Shown: piece after piece, positions 52,080 through 61,972 of the stretch
Position numbering within the stretch: position 1 is the first letter of the stretch
Layout of the letters: the number at the start of each line of letters is the position of its first letter
Made by a program: the position numbers and the translations under genes
From: an uncultured Acidobacteriota bacterium
GTDB lineage: Bacteria > Acidobacteriota > Terriglobia > UBA7540
Length of the DNA stretch: 64,000 bases
Direction of reading: 5' to 3'
Assembly: GCA_963804995.1 (NCBI GenBank)
Contig: CAWDSK010000003.1
Coordinates: forward strand, 512,001-576,000
Notes under the pieces: model-generated
What the model was told of the DNA's origin: nothing
The model's input: the letters and a program-made list of their open reading frames with translations, nothing else
The model's database searches: none

Positions 52080-52310
52080 AATTTCAAATGCGCGAATGCA
52101 GACTGGCTGGCGCAGGGCCAGTCCAGCCCTGCGACTCACGTGGCTGACCATGCCCGGCGATATTCCTCCGATCCAGAAAACAAGCTTCCAAATTCTATTA
52201 TCGGAACGATTCGTTCGTCTTGACCAGGAACCGGCTGGCTTGACCAAATCGCAGAGCTGCGCTCGATCTGCGCTAGCCTGTCTACCTCTGATGCGCTATC
52301 GGTTCCTGCT

Positions 52311-52459
52311 CAGCACCACCCCGTCGCTCTGAGCGCCACCCCTCCTTATCTGAGGAGGGAGTGTTTTAAGGAACTCCCCTCCTGATTTCCGTGGCGCGCC
52401 GTGCCCCGCTAGCGCGTTCTTTCCAAATTGATCATCGGGGCCAAGCGACGGGGTGGTTA
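52311..52459. repeat. Dispersed palindromic repeat, copy 2
   Basis: Homologous to 593-740. Confidence 0.8.
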
Positions 52460-52570
52460 CAGTCGCACCCTGAGATCCGGTGTGGTTATGGTGCCGGGAC
52501 GGTTGTTCGTGGTGGGGCTAAGGTGGCAAACTCGCTTGACACTCCTGTTTGCAGCGAATAGTTTGCTGCT

Positions 52571-54859
52571 ATGAGAACAACATTTCTTGCCATTGCCACA
52601 GCCTTTTTGCTGGCCGCGGCCAACTTAGCAGGCCAGTCGGCATCATCTCCCGTCACGGCTACGGAATTTGACGCCCAGGCTTTTGCCGCGCTTCCCATAG
52701 AGCCGCCCTATGCTTTTCATCAAGCCCTCGGGCAAGGACAAGACGAGGCGCAGTGGCGAGATCCCGCCGCCCAGCCTAATGCCGATGAACTCTCCATCGC
52801 GTCAAGCGGCTGGAAGCTTCTGATGCCAGCAAACGCGGGGGCTCCCCTGCGCAACGCTGCGGAGGACTTTACGCGCTTCCTCGAGCGCGTGATGAAAGTC
52901 CACATTGCGCTCGAACCTTCCTCATCCTTGAGTAGCTGGGACAAGTTGACGAAAGCCATAATTGTGGCGCCGCGCGAACAGCTTGCCGGGTGTGGTCAAG
53001 CCCTCACAGGCCCCAAGGACTATCAGATCACGGTCGCTCCCGAGCGAGTTGTAGTTTGCGGATTCGATGAGCGCGGCTCGATATTCGGGCTCTACAACTT
53101 GGAAGAACGCATGGCCCTGCGCGAAGCTCCCTTCTTGCCCCTCCGCCTCAACACGGTCCGGCACAGTTTGTACAAGGCGCGCATGACCGTGACGGGCCTG
53201 GGTTGGATGGAGTGGCCTGACAAGTACCTCGCGATCCTTCCTCGCTATGGGATCGACGCCATCTACGCGTCCCTGTATGCCAATCCCAATGGCGTGCCCG
53301 CCACCCCGCCCGAGTACGACCGCATGAGACGGAATGATCCGGCGGCAATGCACGAACTACTTCGCCATGCCGCGGAGCATGGGCTGGACGTCTACGCTCC
53401 CCTCCTGTACGTGTACACGGGCGACTCCGAAAGCGAAGCGGGCTTGCGGAAACTCGTCCGCGACGTGGCCACGGAGTTTCCGACCCTGCGTGGCTATGTG
53501 CTGCTGACCGAGGGGTTCCTCTACAAGACCCGGACTTGGGATTGGCCTGAGAACAGCATCCGCGATTACATTAAGGGGTGGACCCACGGCGTGGCCATCG
53601 CGGCGGAAGAGTTCCACAAAGTCAATCCCGCCATCGAGGTTTTGCCGTGGGATTACAATGTGGATTTCCGCGCCGAGGCGGTGGACCTGAAGCGCTTTCT
53701 TACCAGCCAACTTCCTCTCGATACGATCCCCCTTCTGACTTTTGAGAACGGAACGAGCTTCGAGCGTGGCGGTGAGCGAGGCCACCTGAAGGACTATGCC
53801 ATCAGTGAAATCGGGCCCTCCGAGGTAACCCAGGCGCAGCTTGCCGAAGCGCGCCAGCGGCGTATGCCGGGGGTTTACGCCAAGGCCGATACCTGGGCCA
53901 CCTGGCAATACGGCACTTTCCCGTACTTGCCCTTTCCCTACCAGTGGTACGCGCGCTATCAGGCGATTGAGAAGTCCGGCGTGGACGGGACCATGGAGAG
54001 CTGGTCATACGGCTTCAAGCCCAACTACATCGCGGAATTGCGCGGATGGACTAGCTGGAGTGATGCGCCCCCTCTCGATACCTTGCTCCGGCAAATCGCG
54101 CGTCGCGAGTTTGGACTGCATGCCGAAGCGCAGGTCTTGAGCGCTTGGGACCACTTCAGCCGAGCCATCCGACTGGTTCCGGACACCGGCTGGGGGACGA
54201 TGGGGACCTGCAACGCTGTCGCAGCGCCACTTTTCTTCTCCCTGCCGGAGCCGCGCACGCTGACTTACCTCCATTCCTTTTGGGATCAGGAAGCCATGCT
54301 GAAAGATGCTGACATCAATCCCTACTGGCCTTACGTTCCCACTCGCTTCATCTTGTTCCCTGACTTCACGAACCGGGTGAACAAAGCGGAAGCCTATGCG
54401 AAACCCTTCACGCTTCCGGTCTTTACCAAGTACTTGTTGGCAGCCGCCGACGAGATGGAGAAAGGCCTCGAAAGCTACCGCGCCGCGGCACTTCAAGCAC
54501 CGGCGGCCAAGAAGCTTCACGCCTTCCGGGAAGTTCTGCTTGCCGAACAACTCGAACGGATGATGCGCAGCGAGGTCGCGGTATTGCAGTTTGAGGACCT
54601 GCGGTTCCATCTCGCCCAAGCCACGCTGGGCGCAGAGCAAGCCAGACTGCTGGATCAGATGACGGCTCTCCTAAAGGACGAGATTCCACGGACCGAAGCC
54701 GCGCGTGAAACGGCGCGGCGCGACTCCCGCCTCGGTTATGAATGGGAGCAGGACTACCTCTACTCGCCCAAGATTATGGAGGAGAAACTTAAGCTACTGC
54801 GCAAGACCCTGAGGGATGAAATCCCGGCTTATCGCCGTGAGCATAAGGTCCCATTTTAG
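52571..54859 (+). CDS. Large secreted hypothetical protein, possibly glycoside-hydrolase-like
   Basis: Signal peptide; YQITV..VVVCG.DERG..FGLY.L resembles the GH20/GH67 N-terminal domain. Confidence 0.6.
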   Translation: MRTTFLAIATAFLLAAANLAGQSASSPVTATEFDAQAFAALPIEPPYAFHQALGQGQDEAQWRDPAAQPNADELSIASSGWKLLMPANAGAPLRNAAEDFTRFLERVMKVHIALEPSSSLSSWDKLTKAIIVAPREQLAGCGQALTGPKDYQITVAPERVVVCGFDERGSIFGLYNLEERMALREAPFLPLRLNTVRHSLYKARMTVTGLGWMEWPDKYLAILPRYGIDAIYASLYANPNGVPATPPEYDRMRRNDPAAMHELLRHAAEHGLDVYAPLLYVYTGDSESEAGLRKLVRDVATEFPTLRGYVLLTEGFLYKTRTWDWPENSIRDYIKGWTHGVAIAAEEFHKVNPAIEVLPWDYNVDFRAEAVDLKRFLTSQLPLDTIPLLTFENGTSFERGGERGHLKDYAISEIGPSEVTQAQLAEARQRRMPGVYAKADTWATWQYGTFPYLPFPYQWYARYQAIEKSGVDGTMESWSYGFKPNYIAELRGWTSWSDAPPLDTLLRQIARREFGLHAEAQVLSAWDHFSRAIRLVPDTGWGTMGTCNAVAAPLFFSLPEPRTLTYLHSFWDQEAMLKDADINPYWPYVPTRFILFPDFTNRVNKAEAYAKPFTLPVFTKYLLAAADEMEKGLESYRAAALQAPAAKKLHAFREVLLAEQLERMMRSEVAVLQFEDLRFHLAQATLGAEQARLLDQMTALLKDEIPRTEAARETARRDSRLGYEWEQDYLYSPKIMEEKLKLLRKTLRDEIPAYRREHKVPF

Positions 54860-55046
54860 ATGCGTCGGGGGCGCGCACCTCGATATCGAGGTGTGCGATA
54901 AACCCAACTAACCCGGCGTTTGGAGCGCCGGGGTGGTGCTGAGCAGTAGGGTAGCGAAGCGCGGCGTGCCCGAAAATCAAAAGGCAAAGCGCAAATGTCA
55001 AAACGCAAAAGTGAAAAGCCCTTGCTAACGATGGTTGTCCGCTGTC

Positions 55047-55212
55047 CCCTGTTACCTGTTCCCTATTCCCTGTTCCGTGTTCCCTCCTCTCTGTTCCCTG
55101 TTCCCTATTCCCTGTTCCCTATTCCGTGTTCCCTATTCCCAGTTCCCTGTCCCCTATTCCCAATTCCCTGTCTGCTGTTCCCTTTTCCCTGTTCCCTTCC
55201 CAGTTCCCTTCC
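55047..55212. repeat. Heptamer tandem repeat TTCCCT(G/A)
   Basis: About 20 degenerate 7-nt units. Confidence 0.9.
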
Positions 55213-55776
55213 AGGACTCACGCGTCGAAATGGCTTGGGCCGTTCGACTTGTCAGAAGTGGCGACAACGGTTTTGCAGGACTTCTGGATGGGTAGTTCGG
55301 AGCCGATGATGCTGACTGAAGAGAAAAAGTGTCCTAGTTTGATTTTCTGGGGCGTGCGCAGTTAACTGTGTTGGTTCAGCCTGAAATGGAGAGGAGGCGC
55401 TCTCCGTTAGTGAGTTTTCCGCCCCTCGGGCGGGGATTTTCAAGGCATCGCTGCGACCACCAAGCTACCCCTCACCATGGTTGCGTCCCCGCAGAGCCCG
55501 CTTCCGTTTCGCCAGGCACGATCATTGTAGCTCCACCACGTCCATCCGTCTCAATTTCCGGTTACCCCGTCATCCGGGAGTTGAGTGGCGGTTAGATATA
55601 CGACATGGCGACTTACCGTCAAGTGGCAGCGGGTTGCGCAAAACGGTACCAAACGAAGCCTTACCGATTGGCACTTACGGACTGGGATATGGTTACGCGA
55701 CTGCCGAGGCCACACGATAAAATTGTTGTTGACTTCAACTCAACATATGCATATCCTACATGCGGAGAGATACAAC

Positions 55777-56151
55777 GTGACCTTTGGAAAGCGCCTTCGT
55801 CAGGCCAGAAAGGAACAGGGGCTAACTTTACGCCGACTCGCAGAGGAAGCCGGCGTCAATTTCACCTACTTGTCAAAGATCGAGAACGAGCGGGTCCCAT
55901 ACACACCGGCGGCAGAGACGATTCGCAATCTTGCCCGAATACTAAAGGTCGACTCCATGGAGTTTCTTAAATTAGCCAATAAGCTGCCAAAGGAACTGGA
56001 ACCCCTAAATGCGAATGTGCACGCCCGGCGGTTTTTTGACAGAGCAAGTCAAGTGGCATCGCCCGCCGACTGGGAGGCTCTGCTTGAATTGTTAGAAAAG
56101 CGCCAGACCGGCAAAAAGGTCGGCAGAAAGGACGCCAAGAAGGGGCGATAG
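55777..56151 (+). CDS. XRE-family HTH transcriptional regulator
   Basis: FGKRLRQARKEQGLTLRRLAEEAGVNFTYLSKIEN; GGAGAG RBS before GTG. Confidence 0.88.
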   Translation: MTFGKRLRQARKEQGLTLRRLAEEAGVNFTYLSKIENERVPYTPAAETIRNLARILKVDSMEFLKLANKLPKELEPLNANVHARRFFDRASQVASPADWEALLELLEKRQTGKKVGRKDAKKGR

Positions 56152-56289
56152 ATGGGACTTGACTGGTCTTTTTCGACCGACAGACGAATGCGTCGATGCG
56201 CGCGGCAGTTGTACTTCGCCGATGTCGCAGCTTGGCACAATGCCCCGGATCCCCTGCGCCGCGAGGCCTTTTTGCTTACTGGCACTTAG
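56152..56289 (+). pseudogene. Truncated N-terminus of a probable PD-(D/E)XK (RecB-like) nuclease
   Basis: Manual translation MGLDWSFSTDRRMRRCARQLYFADVAAWHNAPDPLRREAFLLTGT*; WSxS-x7-CxRxxYF pattern; starts right after the XRE stop. Confidence 0.5.
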
Positions 56290-56317
56290 CTTTGGATCTC
56301 CAACTGGTGAAACTCAC

Positions 56318-58621
56318 ATGGCCAATCAAAGTCCTCATGAAGAAACAGCAAGGGTACAGCTGCAGATTTGGACACTAATGGAGGAAATACGTTGTGTGAA
56401 GGGCTTTTTGGATCCTGCGGCAGTAGCGACTGCCGCCCAACAGAAGGGCATGCAGTGGGAAGACATTTTCGCGGCGTTTTCACTCGCTTTCAGCAAGTCA
56501 TTTGGGGAATTGTGGGTACCGCCTTACATTTCCAGGTTCGTAGCAGCGTACTTGAAGGGCAAAGAGGTCAGGCGAGCGCTCGATTTCCATGCTGGAGTTG
56601 GCTCGCTCCTGGCTCCCATTGTTCGGATACATGGAATTCAAGAGGCATTGGGCGTTGTTCGCACAGAAAAACAACTGAAGATAACCCAAGCGATGAGCCA
56701 GGGCCTGCCAATTAAGTGGGTACTTGGAGAGCCCCAGAAGATACTGGGCGAGCATGGGCAATTTGACTTGGTAGTGTCGTCGCCTCCATTTGGTATGCCG
56801 GCTACAAATGAGGAGATTCCCATAGATGGCGGCAGCATTAAGCTGCATGACTCTGCGACCAATCTCCTCGTGCTAAGGGCTTGTCTGCTGCTGGAGGGCG
56901 GGGGTGAAGGTGTTTTCCTGCTGCCTAACGCGTTTCTACGCAGCCAAGTTGCAGCAAACCTTTCCAAGTTCGGCCTATTTATTAACGCAGTACTTGCTCT
57001 TCCTGAGCGCGCATTTGCTCCCTTGACTGGAATTGACTTATACCTGGTCCTTATTAGTCGGCAGTCGACTGCAAGCTGGTTCGTTGGCCAACTCGAGCCC
57101 GAACGCGACCCGAATCCACTTCTTAAGAATTTGCGCGAACGGAAGGCCGGGCCGGCTCCCGAGCTTGGAAGAATTGTTGCCCCTGAAACATTCGTGTCTT
57201 GGCGGGCTCTCGTCAACTCTGAGGAAATTGAGAGGCTCGTTCAGCGGGGCGGTCTGAAGCCGATGCTGCTCGCCGACATCGTGGAAGTGATAAACCTAGG
57301 GAACCGCTCCGAGGACGGGGGATTTGTGGACCTTCCGAATGCGGTCTACCTACCTCTAATTGGGACATCGGCAGCGGCGACAAACCTATCTGCAATCCAG
57401 ATCAAACCACAGAACTGTGCCCAGCTTGTTCTCCGGCCTGACAAGGTGTTCGCGGAGTTCCTTGCTGGATTTTTCAATTCTTCCTTGGGCCGAAAAGTGC
57501 GAGGCCAGCTTCTCAGCGGAACCTTCATACCTAAAATCACCAAACATAGCTTGCTGGAAGGGACAGTCTACCTTCCTCTGATCGAGGCGCAAAAGGAAGT
57601 CGTGGATGTCCAACGAGAGATCCGTGACTTGACACTTCGCCTTGGCGATTTGCAGCAGACCCTTTGGAACCGGCCGACCGACGCTACAAAAGTGCGAAAG
57701 AGTCTCAGCTCCATCAACCAAAAGGAAAGCTTCGAAATATGGCTGGAGGCCCTTCCCTTCCCTTTGGCTTCGATTCTTTGGCGTTTTCACGCAACAAATG
57801 CCATCGAGGAGAAGAATACTCATCTGCTGAACTTTTTTGAAGCCGCCGCGCAGTTCTTCGCGACGATGATGCTAAGTGCCTTCCATACCAGTCAGCCCTT
57901 CTTCCAAGAGAATAAGCGTACCTGGTGTGAAGCTGGCGACAGCGACCACTCTCTGGTCCGAAGTAATTTCGGCGAGTGGGTGGTACGCGGACAGCGACTG
58001 GCCAAGACGACGCGGACGATGCTCTCTGACAAGGAAAAACGAAGCTTCTGCCTGGAATTGTTCGGAACTCAGAATCCGGAAAACGTGGAAGCAGTGGCGA
58101 GCAAGGATTTGCATGGGCTTTTGGATCTTGCCAACCAGTACCGCATTGATTGGAAGGGCCACGGCGGCATAGTCAGCCAGGGTGAGTACGACCGAAGGCT
58201 AACGCTGCTCCAAGGGCAACTCACCCGGATGCGGGAAGTTGTGGGATCAATCTTCGAAAACTGGGTGCTATTACGCCCCGGAAGAAGTGAATACTCCAAA
58301 GGAATGTATCGCTTCTCTGCTGCGAAACTGATGGGGAGCCGTCAGATTTTCAAGGAACTCGAAGTTGAGACGCCAACTGTGATGGACAAAAATGAACTAT
58401 ACCTTTTTGACTTCACCACGCGACATCCAATCCAACTTCTTCCATTCTTGCGAATATTGCCAAGCCCCCGAACCGAGGAGAACGCCTGCTATTTCTATAA
58501 CCGCGTGCAAAAAGATGGTGTCCGATGGGTCTCATACCATTTTGAACAGGAAGCTGAACTTGTCTGCTCCGACGATGCCTTGCTCAAAGTGATAAAAGAG
58601 ATCGAGAGCGATACGGGGTAG
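56318..58621 (+). CDS. Amino-methyltransferase-like + TRD (HsdS-like) + unknown C-terminal domain fusion
   Basis: ALDFHAGVGSLL (motif I-like), FDLVVSSPPFG (motif IV-like), FFNSSLG..GTFIPKI..LPLIEAQ (TRD/coiled-coil-like). Confidence 0.72.
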   Translation: MANQSPHEETARVQLQIWTLMEEIRCVKGFLDPAAVATAAQQKGMQWEDIFAAFSLAFSKSFGELWVPPYISRFVAAYLKGKEVRRALDFHAGVGSLLAPIVRIHGIQEALGVVRTEKQLKITQAMSQGLPIKWVLGEPQKILGEHGQFDLVVSSPPFGMPATNEEIPIDGGSIKLHDSATNLLVLRACLLLEGGGEGVFLLPNAFLRSQVAANLSKFGLFINAVLALPERAFAPLTGIDLYLVLISRQSTASWFVGQLEPERDPNPLLKNLRERKAGPAPELGRIVAPETFVSWRALVNSEEIERLVQRGGLKPMLLADIVEVINLGNRSEDGGFVDLPNAVYLPLIGTSAAATNLSAIQIKPQNCAQLVLRPDKVFAEFLAGFFNSSLGRKVRGQLLSGTFIPKITKHSLLEGTVYLPLIEAQKEVVDVQREIRDLTLRLGDLQQTLWNRPTDATKVRKSLSSINQKESFEIWLEALPFPLASILWRFHATNAIEEKNTHLLNFFEAAAQFFATMMLSAFHTSQPFFQENKRTWCEAGDSDHSLVRSNFGEWVVRGQRLAKTTRTMLSDKEKRSFCLELFGTQNPENVEAVASKDLHGLLDLANQYRIDWKGHGGIVSQGEYDRRLTLLQGQLTRMREVVGSIFENWVLLRPGRSEYSKGMYRFSAAKLMGSRQIFKELEVETPTVMDKNELYLFDFTTRHPIQLLPFLRILPSPRTEENACYFYNRVQKDGVRWVSYHFEQEAELVCSDDALLKVIKEIESDTG

Positions 58622-58690
58622 GTGCCGGAAAGTGGCAGAGATACGAAACCGGCCGGCTTGTGAATTTTTCCGGAAGGGAGGTGGCTTCAT

Positions 58691-59101
58691 ATGAGCGACA
58701 TTTCTACGTTGTCCCACGAATATGAAGCTTCAGCAAAGTTAGCGGAAGAGCTAAATGAGGCGATATTAGCCATCAAGAAGTCACGATTACATCGGCGAGC
58801 CGGGTTGAGCGCAGATCAAATGAAATCTCTCGCCAACACTATTGAGTCGCTTCGGCAGCAAGTGGAGGCCGATCGAGACCTCGGCCAGTCTGAATTCATT
58901 CCGCAGGAAATGGTCGACCGTGTGCGTGAGCGAAATCGACTGCACATGGCCTATTTCCTGGATGATCTGTCTCGCACGGTAAGCGTGCTGGACTCCGGCT
59001 CCGGGCCGCTCGACGATACCGTCGTACGGACATTGGATGAAATCTGTGATGCAGCGGATGAAACGGCATCTGCCGTGTTTCGGCGTATGCGTAGGCGCTA
59101 A
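58691..59101 (+). CDS. Small alpha-helical hypothetical protein
   Basis: 136 aa, strong GGAGGT RBS, abuts the next gene. Confidence 0.7.
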   Translation: MSDISTLSHEYEASAKLAEELNEAILAIKKSRLHRRAGLSADQMKSLANTIESLRQQVEADRDLGQSEFIPQEMVDRVRERNRLHMAYFLDDLSRTVSVLDSGSGPLDDTVVRTLDEICDAADETASAVFRRMRRR

Positions 59102-60208
59102 ATGGCGAACTTTCTCGAACCTCTCCTTCACGATTTGGCGGAGAGGTTTCGGTTTTTGAATGAAGAACTTGCGAGAATAGCAGCGGCTCCGGAGGCGGAG
59201 CCATGCCGCCAGCAAATTCAGCGGCTGGTGAGTCGAGGAAAGGGCAGAATAGACACAGTCTTGACTGATCCGGATATTGCGAGGCCGGACTTTGCCAAGA
59301 ACTTTTACCATACGTTCAAACGCCTTTCTGAGTTGGCCCAGGCGGTCGAAGAGGGCCCACTCTTTGTGTTAAGCCGGTTTCGGCTGGAGGATCGCTTCCT
59401 GACCAGGGTGGTGGGCGCAGTTTGCCAGGAATCTGGCTTTTCAGACCCGGCACCCATATGTGCCGCTATGAGTTCTCAATACTATTTCTCCATGCCGGGC
59501 ATGGATCTGATTCTTGTTCCACACGGTGAGGCAACCCATCTACTCGCTTGGGCGGACCTTTACCACGAACTGGGCCACTTCATTCTTGCGCGAGATCCAG
59601 TTCGGTTGCTTCAACCGCTGCGCAAACGTGTCAGTAAGCACTTCGTGACCGCCGTTCATGATGCTACACGACAGGGATTGACAGCGAACGCAATCGAGGA
59701 ACTAAATGCATACCGTGGACTCTGGCTTGGGGATTGGATTCTTGAATTTGCGTGCGACTGGTTTGCCACATTCGCAGTGGGGCCTAGCTTTGCTTGGGCT
59801 AATTTGAGGTTGTGTGCGCGCATGAGCACGGACCTATTTGGGATTGCGAGTTCACACCCAGCGGACGCTGCGCGGACACAGGCTATCGTCGAAATGCTGA
59901 AATTGGTTGCTGGTGACGCCTCAACGCACCAGATTGAGAACCAGTGGCAAGAGCTGCTGGGAACGGTTGCCGCGAAAGAACCCCAGTATTTTCGGATTGC
60001 TTATCCTCCTGATTTGATCCGTGAACTGGCGGCTGAAGCCAGTCAACTTTTCAGGAACTCGGGTTTCCATTCGTACAACCCAGGGTCCAAACCGATTGGC
60101 GACTTGCTTACTGAAGCGTGGAATTATTTCCAAACTAACCCCTCGGGTTTCCCCGAGTGGGAACGCGGACAATTGCAGCAACTACGGAAAGCTTTCAACC
60201 TCATCTGA
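59102..60208 (+). CDS. Cytoplasmic HExxH (gluzincin-like) hypothetical protein
   Basis: LYHELGH, WILEFACD, SSHP motifs; no signal peptide. Confidence 0.7.
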   Translation: MANFLEPLLHDLAERFRFLNEELARIAAAPEAEPCRQQIQRLVSRGKGRIDTVLTDPDIARPDFAKNFYHTFKRLSELAQAVEEGPLFVLSRFRLEDRFLTRVVGAVCQESGFSDPAPICAAMSSQYYFSMPGMDLILVPHGEATHLLAWADLYHELGHFILARDPVRLLQPLRKRVSKHFVTAVHDATRQGLTANAIEELNAYRGLWLGDWILEFACDWFATFAVGPSFAWANLRLCARMSTDLFGIASSHPADAARTQAIVEMLKLVAGDASTHQIENQWQELLGTVAAKEPQYFRIAYPPDLIRELAAEASQLFRNSGFHSYNPGSKPIGDLLTEAWNYFQTNPSGFPEWERGQLQQLRKAFNLI

Positions 60209-60409
60209 TCTGGCGTAAGGTAGCCGACAGCGGTTTACTGCTTGGTGTTCAATTCCTTCATCGATGCAAGAACCTATTGGCTATCCGAACAGCTCGAAAC
60301 CAACCACTTTGACGGTAAACGGCCTATGCTCGGATGTGCCGCCCGGTGTTTTCGGGCGTATGGTCGGCCAAACGGAAGTAATCCGTTTCATCAGTCACGC
60401 GGCCGACCG

Positions 60410-61582
60410 TTAGGTTTTTGCCGGCACGGCGCGCCGCGCCATTTCCGTTATACTCACCCATTCCATGCTGTTGCCGAACACCGATTGAATCCTCTCGGCC
60501 AAGGCGCTCAAGCCCTCCAACCCGAGGCCAGTACCCTGCGTATAAAGCGACTGCCAGTGGGTGAGCAGGATGACGGGATGCCCGGAATCAATCAACTGGC
60601 GGATTCTTCCCGTGCGGCCGTCCGCAGAAAGCACCTTATCGATGTTGTCCTTGATGAACTGCCGGCGCTCGCTTACCGGCTTCTCCATGCTCCAGAAGAG
60701 GTCCACAAAATTCGCCGGCACGCTGACCACCGACTGCCCGCGCTCCGCGTCCTGGTATTCCACCGTGCAATGGCGCGGCTCCTTCCAACCCGTAACGTAG
60801 AGGAAATACCAGGTAAACTTGCGATTGAAGACCTTCCACTGGGCGTCGGCCAGCGCCTTGGCGTACTTCTTCTCCACATCGATTCCCGATTCCCAGGGCG
60901 AGGTGATGCCCGGAGCGTTCAGGCCCACGTTCTTGAGAATCGTGAAAGCCAGCACGAAGTACTCAACAATCTCCTCGGGCGGCGCCCCGGTGATCCAGAC
61001 GTCTTCGTAGATGTGCTGGTATTGCCCTCGCTTCAGATCGTAGGCGCGCAGGTGAGTGAGGAATTCCGGGGTGATGTCGAAACGGGGTTGGATCCTGTCG
61101 CGCACCACTTCGAGGAAATCCTGCAAATGGTCGGCGGGCACGCGCTTCAGCGACTGGTCCAGCCGCCCCAGACAACTGGGCATGGGAATCATCGTCAGTT
61201 TGCCGCGCAGGTCGTACTTATCGAACGTGTCGGCGACGCGCTGGGTGAAGGCGCGAGGAACCAGGAAAGGGGTCTCATAACCGGGAATTTCGTAGAAGAG
61301 CGGATCGACCGGCGAGCCGTCGTCAATAATCAAGGAGAATGGAATCTTGCGGAGCGCTCGCCGGGGCCGGCGGTGGTGTGCCTTCGGTCCACGCGGCGCT
61401 GCCGGGCTGAGCGTAGGCCACGCGCTTCGCCAGATTGCCTGCCAAACGAGGCCCGCTGCCATGCCCGCGCCTGCGCGTGTCAGTAATTCCCGCCTTGAGA
61501 GAGTTCGCTCCGCCGGCGCTCCTTCCGCCGCGCCTTGGTCGACTCCGGCTTTCCTCCGGGTCCAACACGCCGTATTGGTCAT
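60410..61582 (-). CDS. Tat-exported hypothetical protein, polysaccharide-deacetylase-like fold possible
   Basis: SRRELL Tat motif; LIIDDG, PEFLTH, GITSPW, LTHWQ; start uncertain. Confidence 0.6.
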   Translation of the reverse strand: MTNTACWTRRKAGVDQGAAEGAPAERTLSRRELLTRAGAGMAAGLVWQAIWRSAWPTLSPAAPRGPKAHHRRPRRALRKIPFSLIIDDGSPVDPLFYEIPGYETPFLVPRAFTQRVADTFDKYDLRGKLTMIPMPSCLGRLDQSLKRVPADHLQDFLEVVRDRIQPRFDITPEFLTHLRAYDLKRGQYQHIYEDVWITGAPPEEIVEYFVLAFTILKNVGLNAPGITSPWESGIDVEKKYAKALADAQWKVFNRKFTWYFLYVTGWKEPRHCTVEYQDAERGQSVVSVPANFVDLFWSMEKPVSERRQFIKDNIDKVLSADGRTGRIRQLIDSGHPVILLTHWQSLYTQGTGLGLEGLSALAERIQSVFGNSMEWVSITEMARRAVPAKT

Positions 61583-61972
61583 CACTCGCCATGTTCGCCC
61601 CCCATTTTCACGCATGAATGTTCCGGCCATCATGCGCAAAACTTATCGGCTGGTCAAGCGCGTCGCAACGGACCGTAGCTTCCCGGCCGTCGGCGCATCA
61701 AATCCGGAAAGGTGGATAGTCCGCAAATCCCCGCCAGTGGCCCCTACACACTGGCCGAGCGAGACAAAATGTCACGGAAAAGCACGTGGGACAAGGCGCG
61801 TGGATGTCCCAGATGTTCGCTTCCGCGGGGCATAGCGGGCGAGGTCCCACTTATTTCCCCACACCTGGGACACGCAAAAATCTTGAAATCCGGTTTGCAG
61901 CGCAGAACCACGCGAGCCAATCCAATGCGTGGCAACCGCCAAACTATTCTGCCTTGCAAACCTGCCGCTGCG

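Noticed and set aside
48476..52090. Diversity-generating retroelement (Avd-like genes)
   Set aside because: No reverse transcriptase and no TR/VR pair with adenine-specific differences seen in the window.
54995..55365. Pro/Cys/Ser/Leu-rich ORFs
   Set aside because: Translations of the heptamer tandem repeat.
55330..55575. Possible IS3-like terminal remnant ending GTCTCAATTTCCGGTTACCCCGTCA at the island's left edge
   Set aside because: No partner inverted repeat or transposase fragment found; resemblance only.
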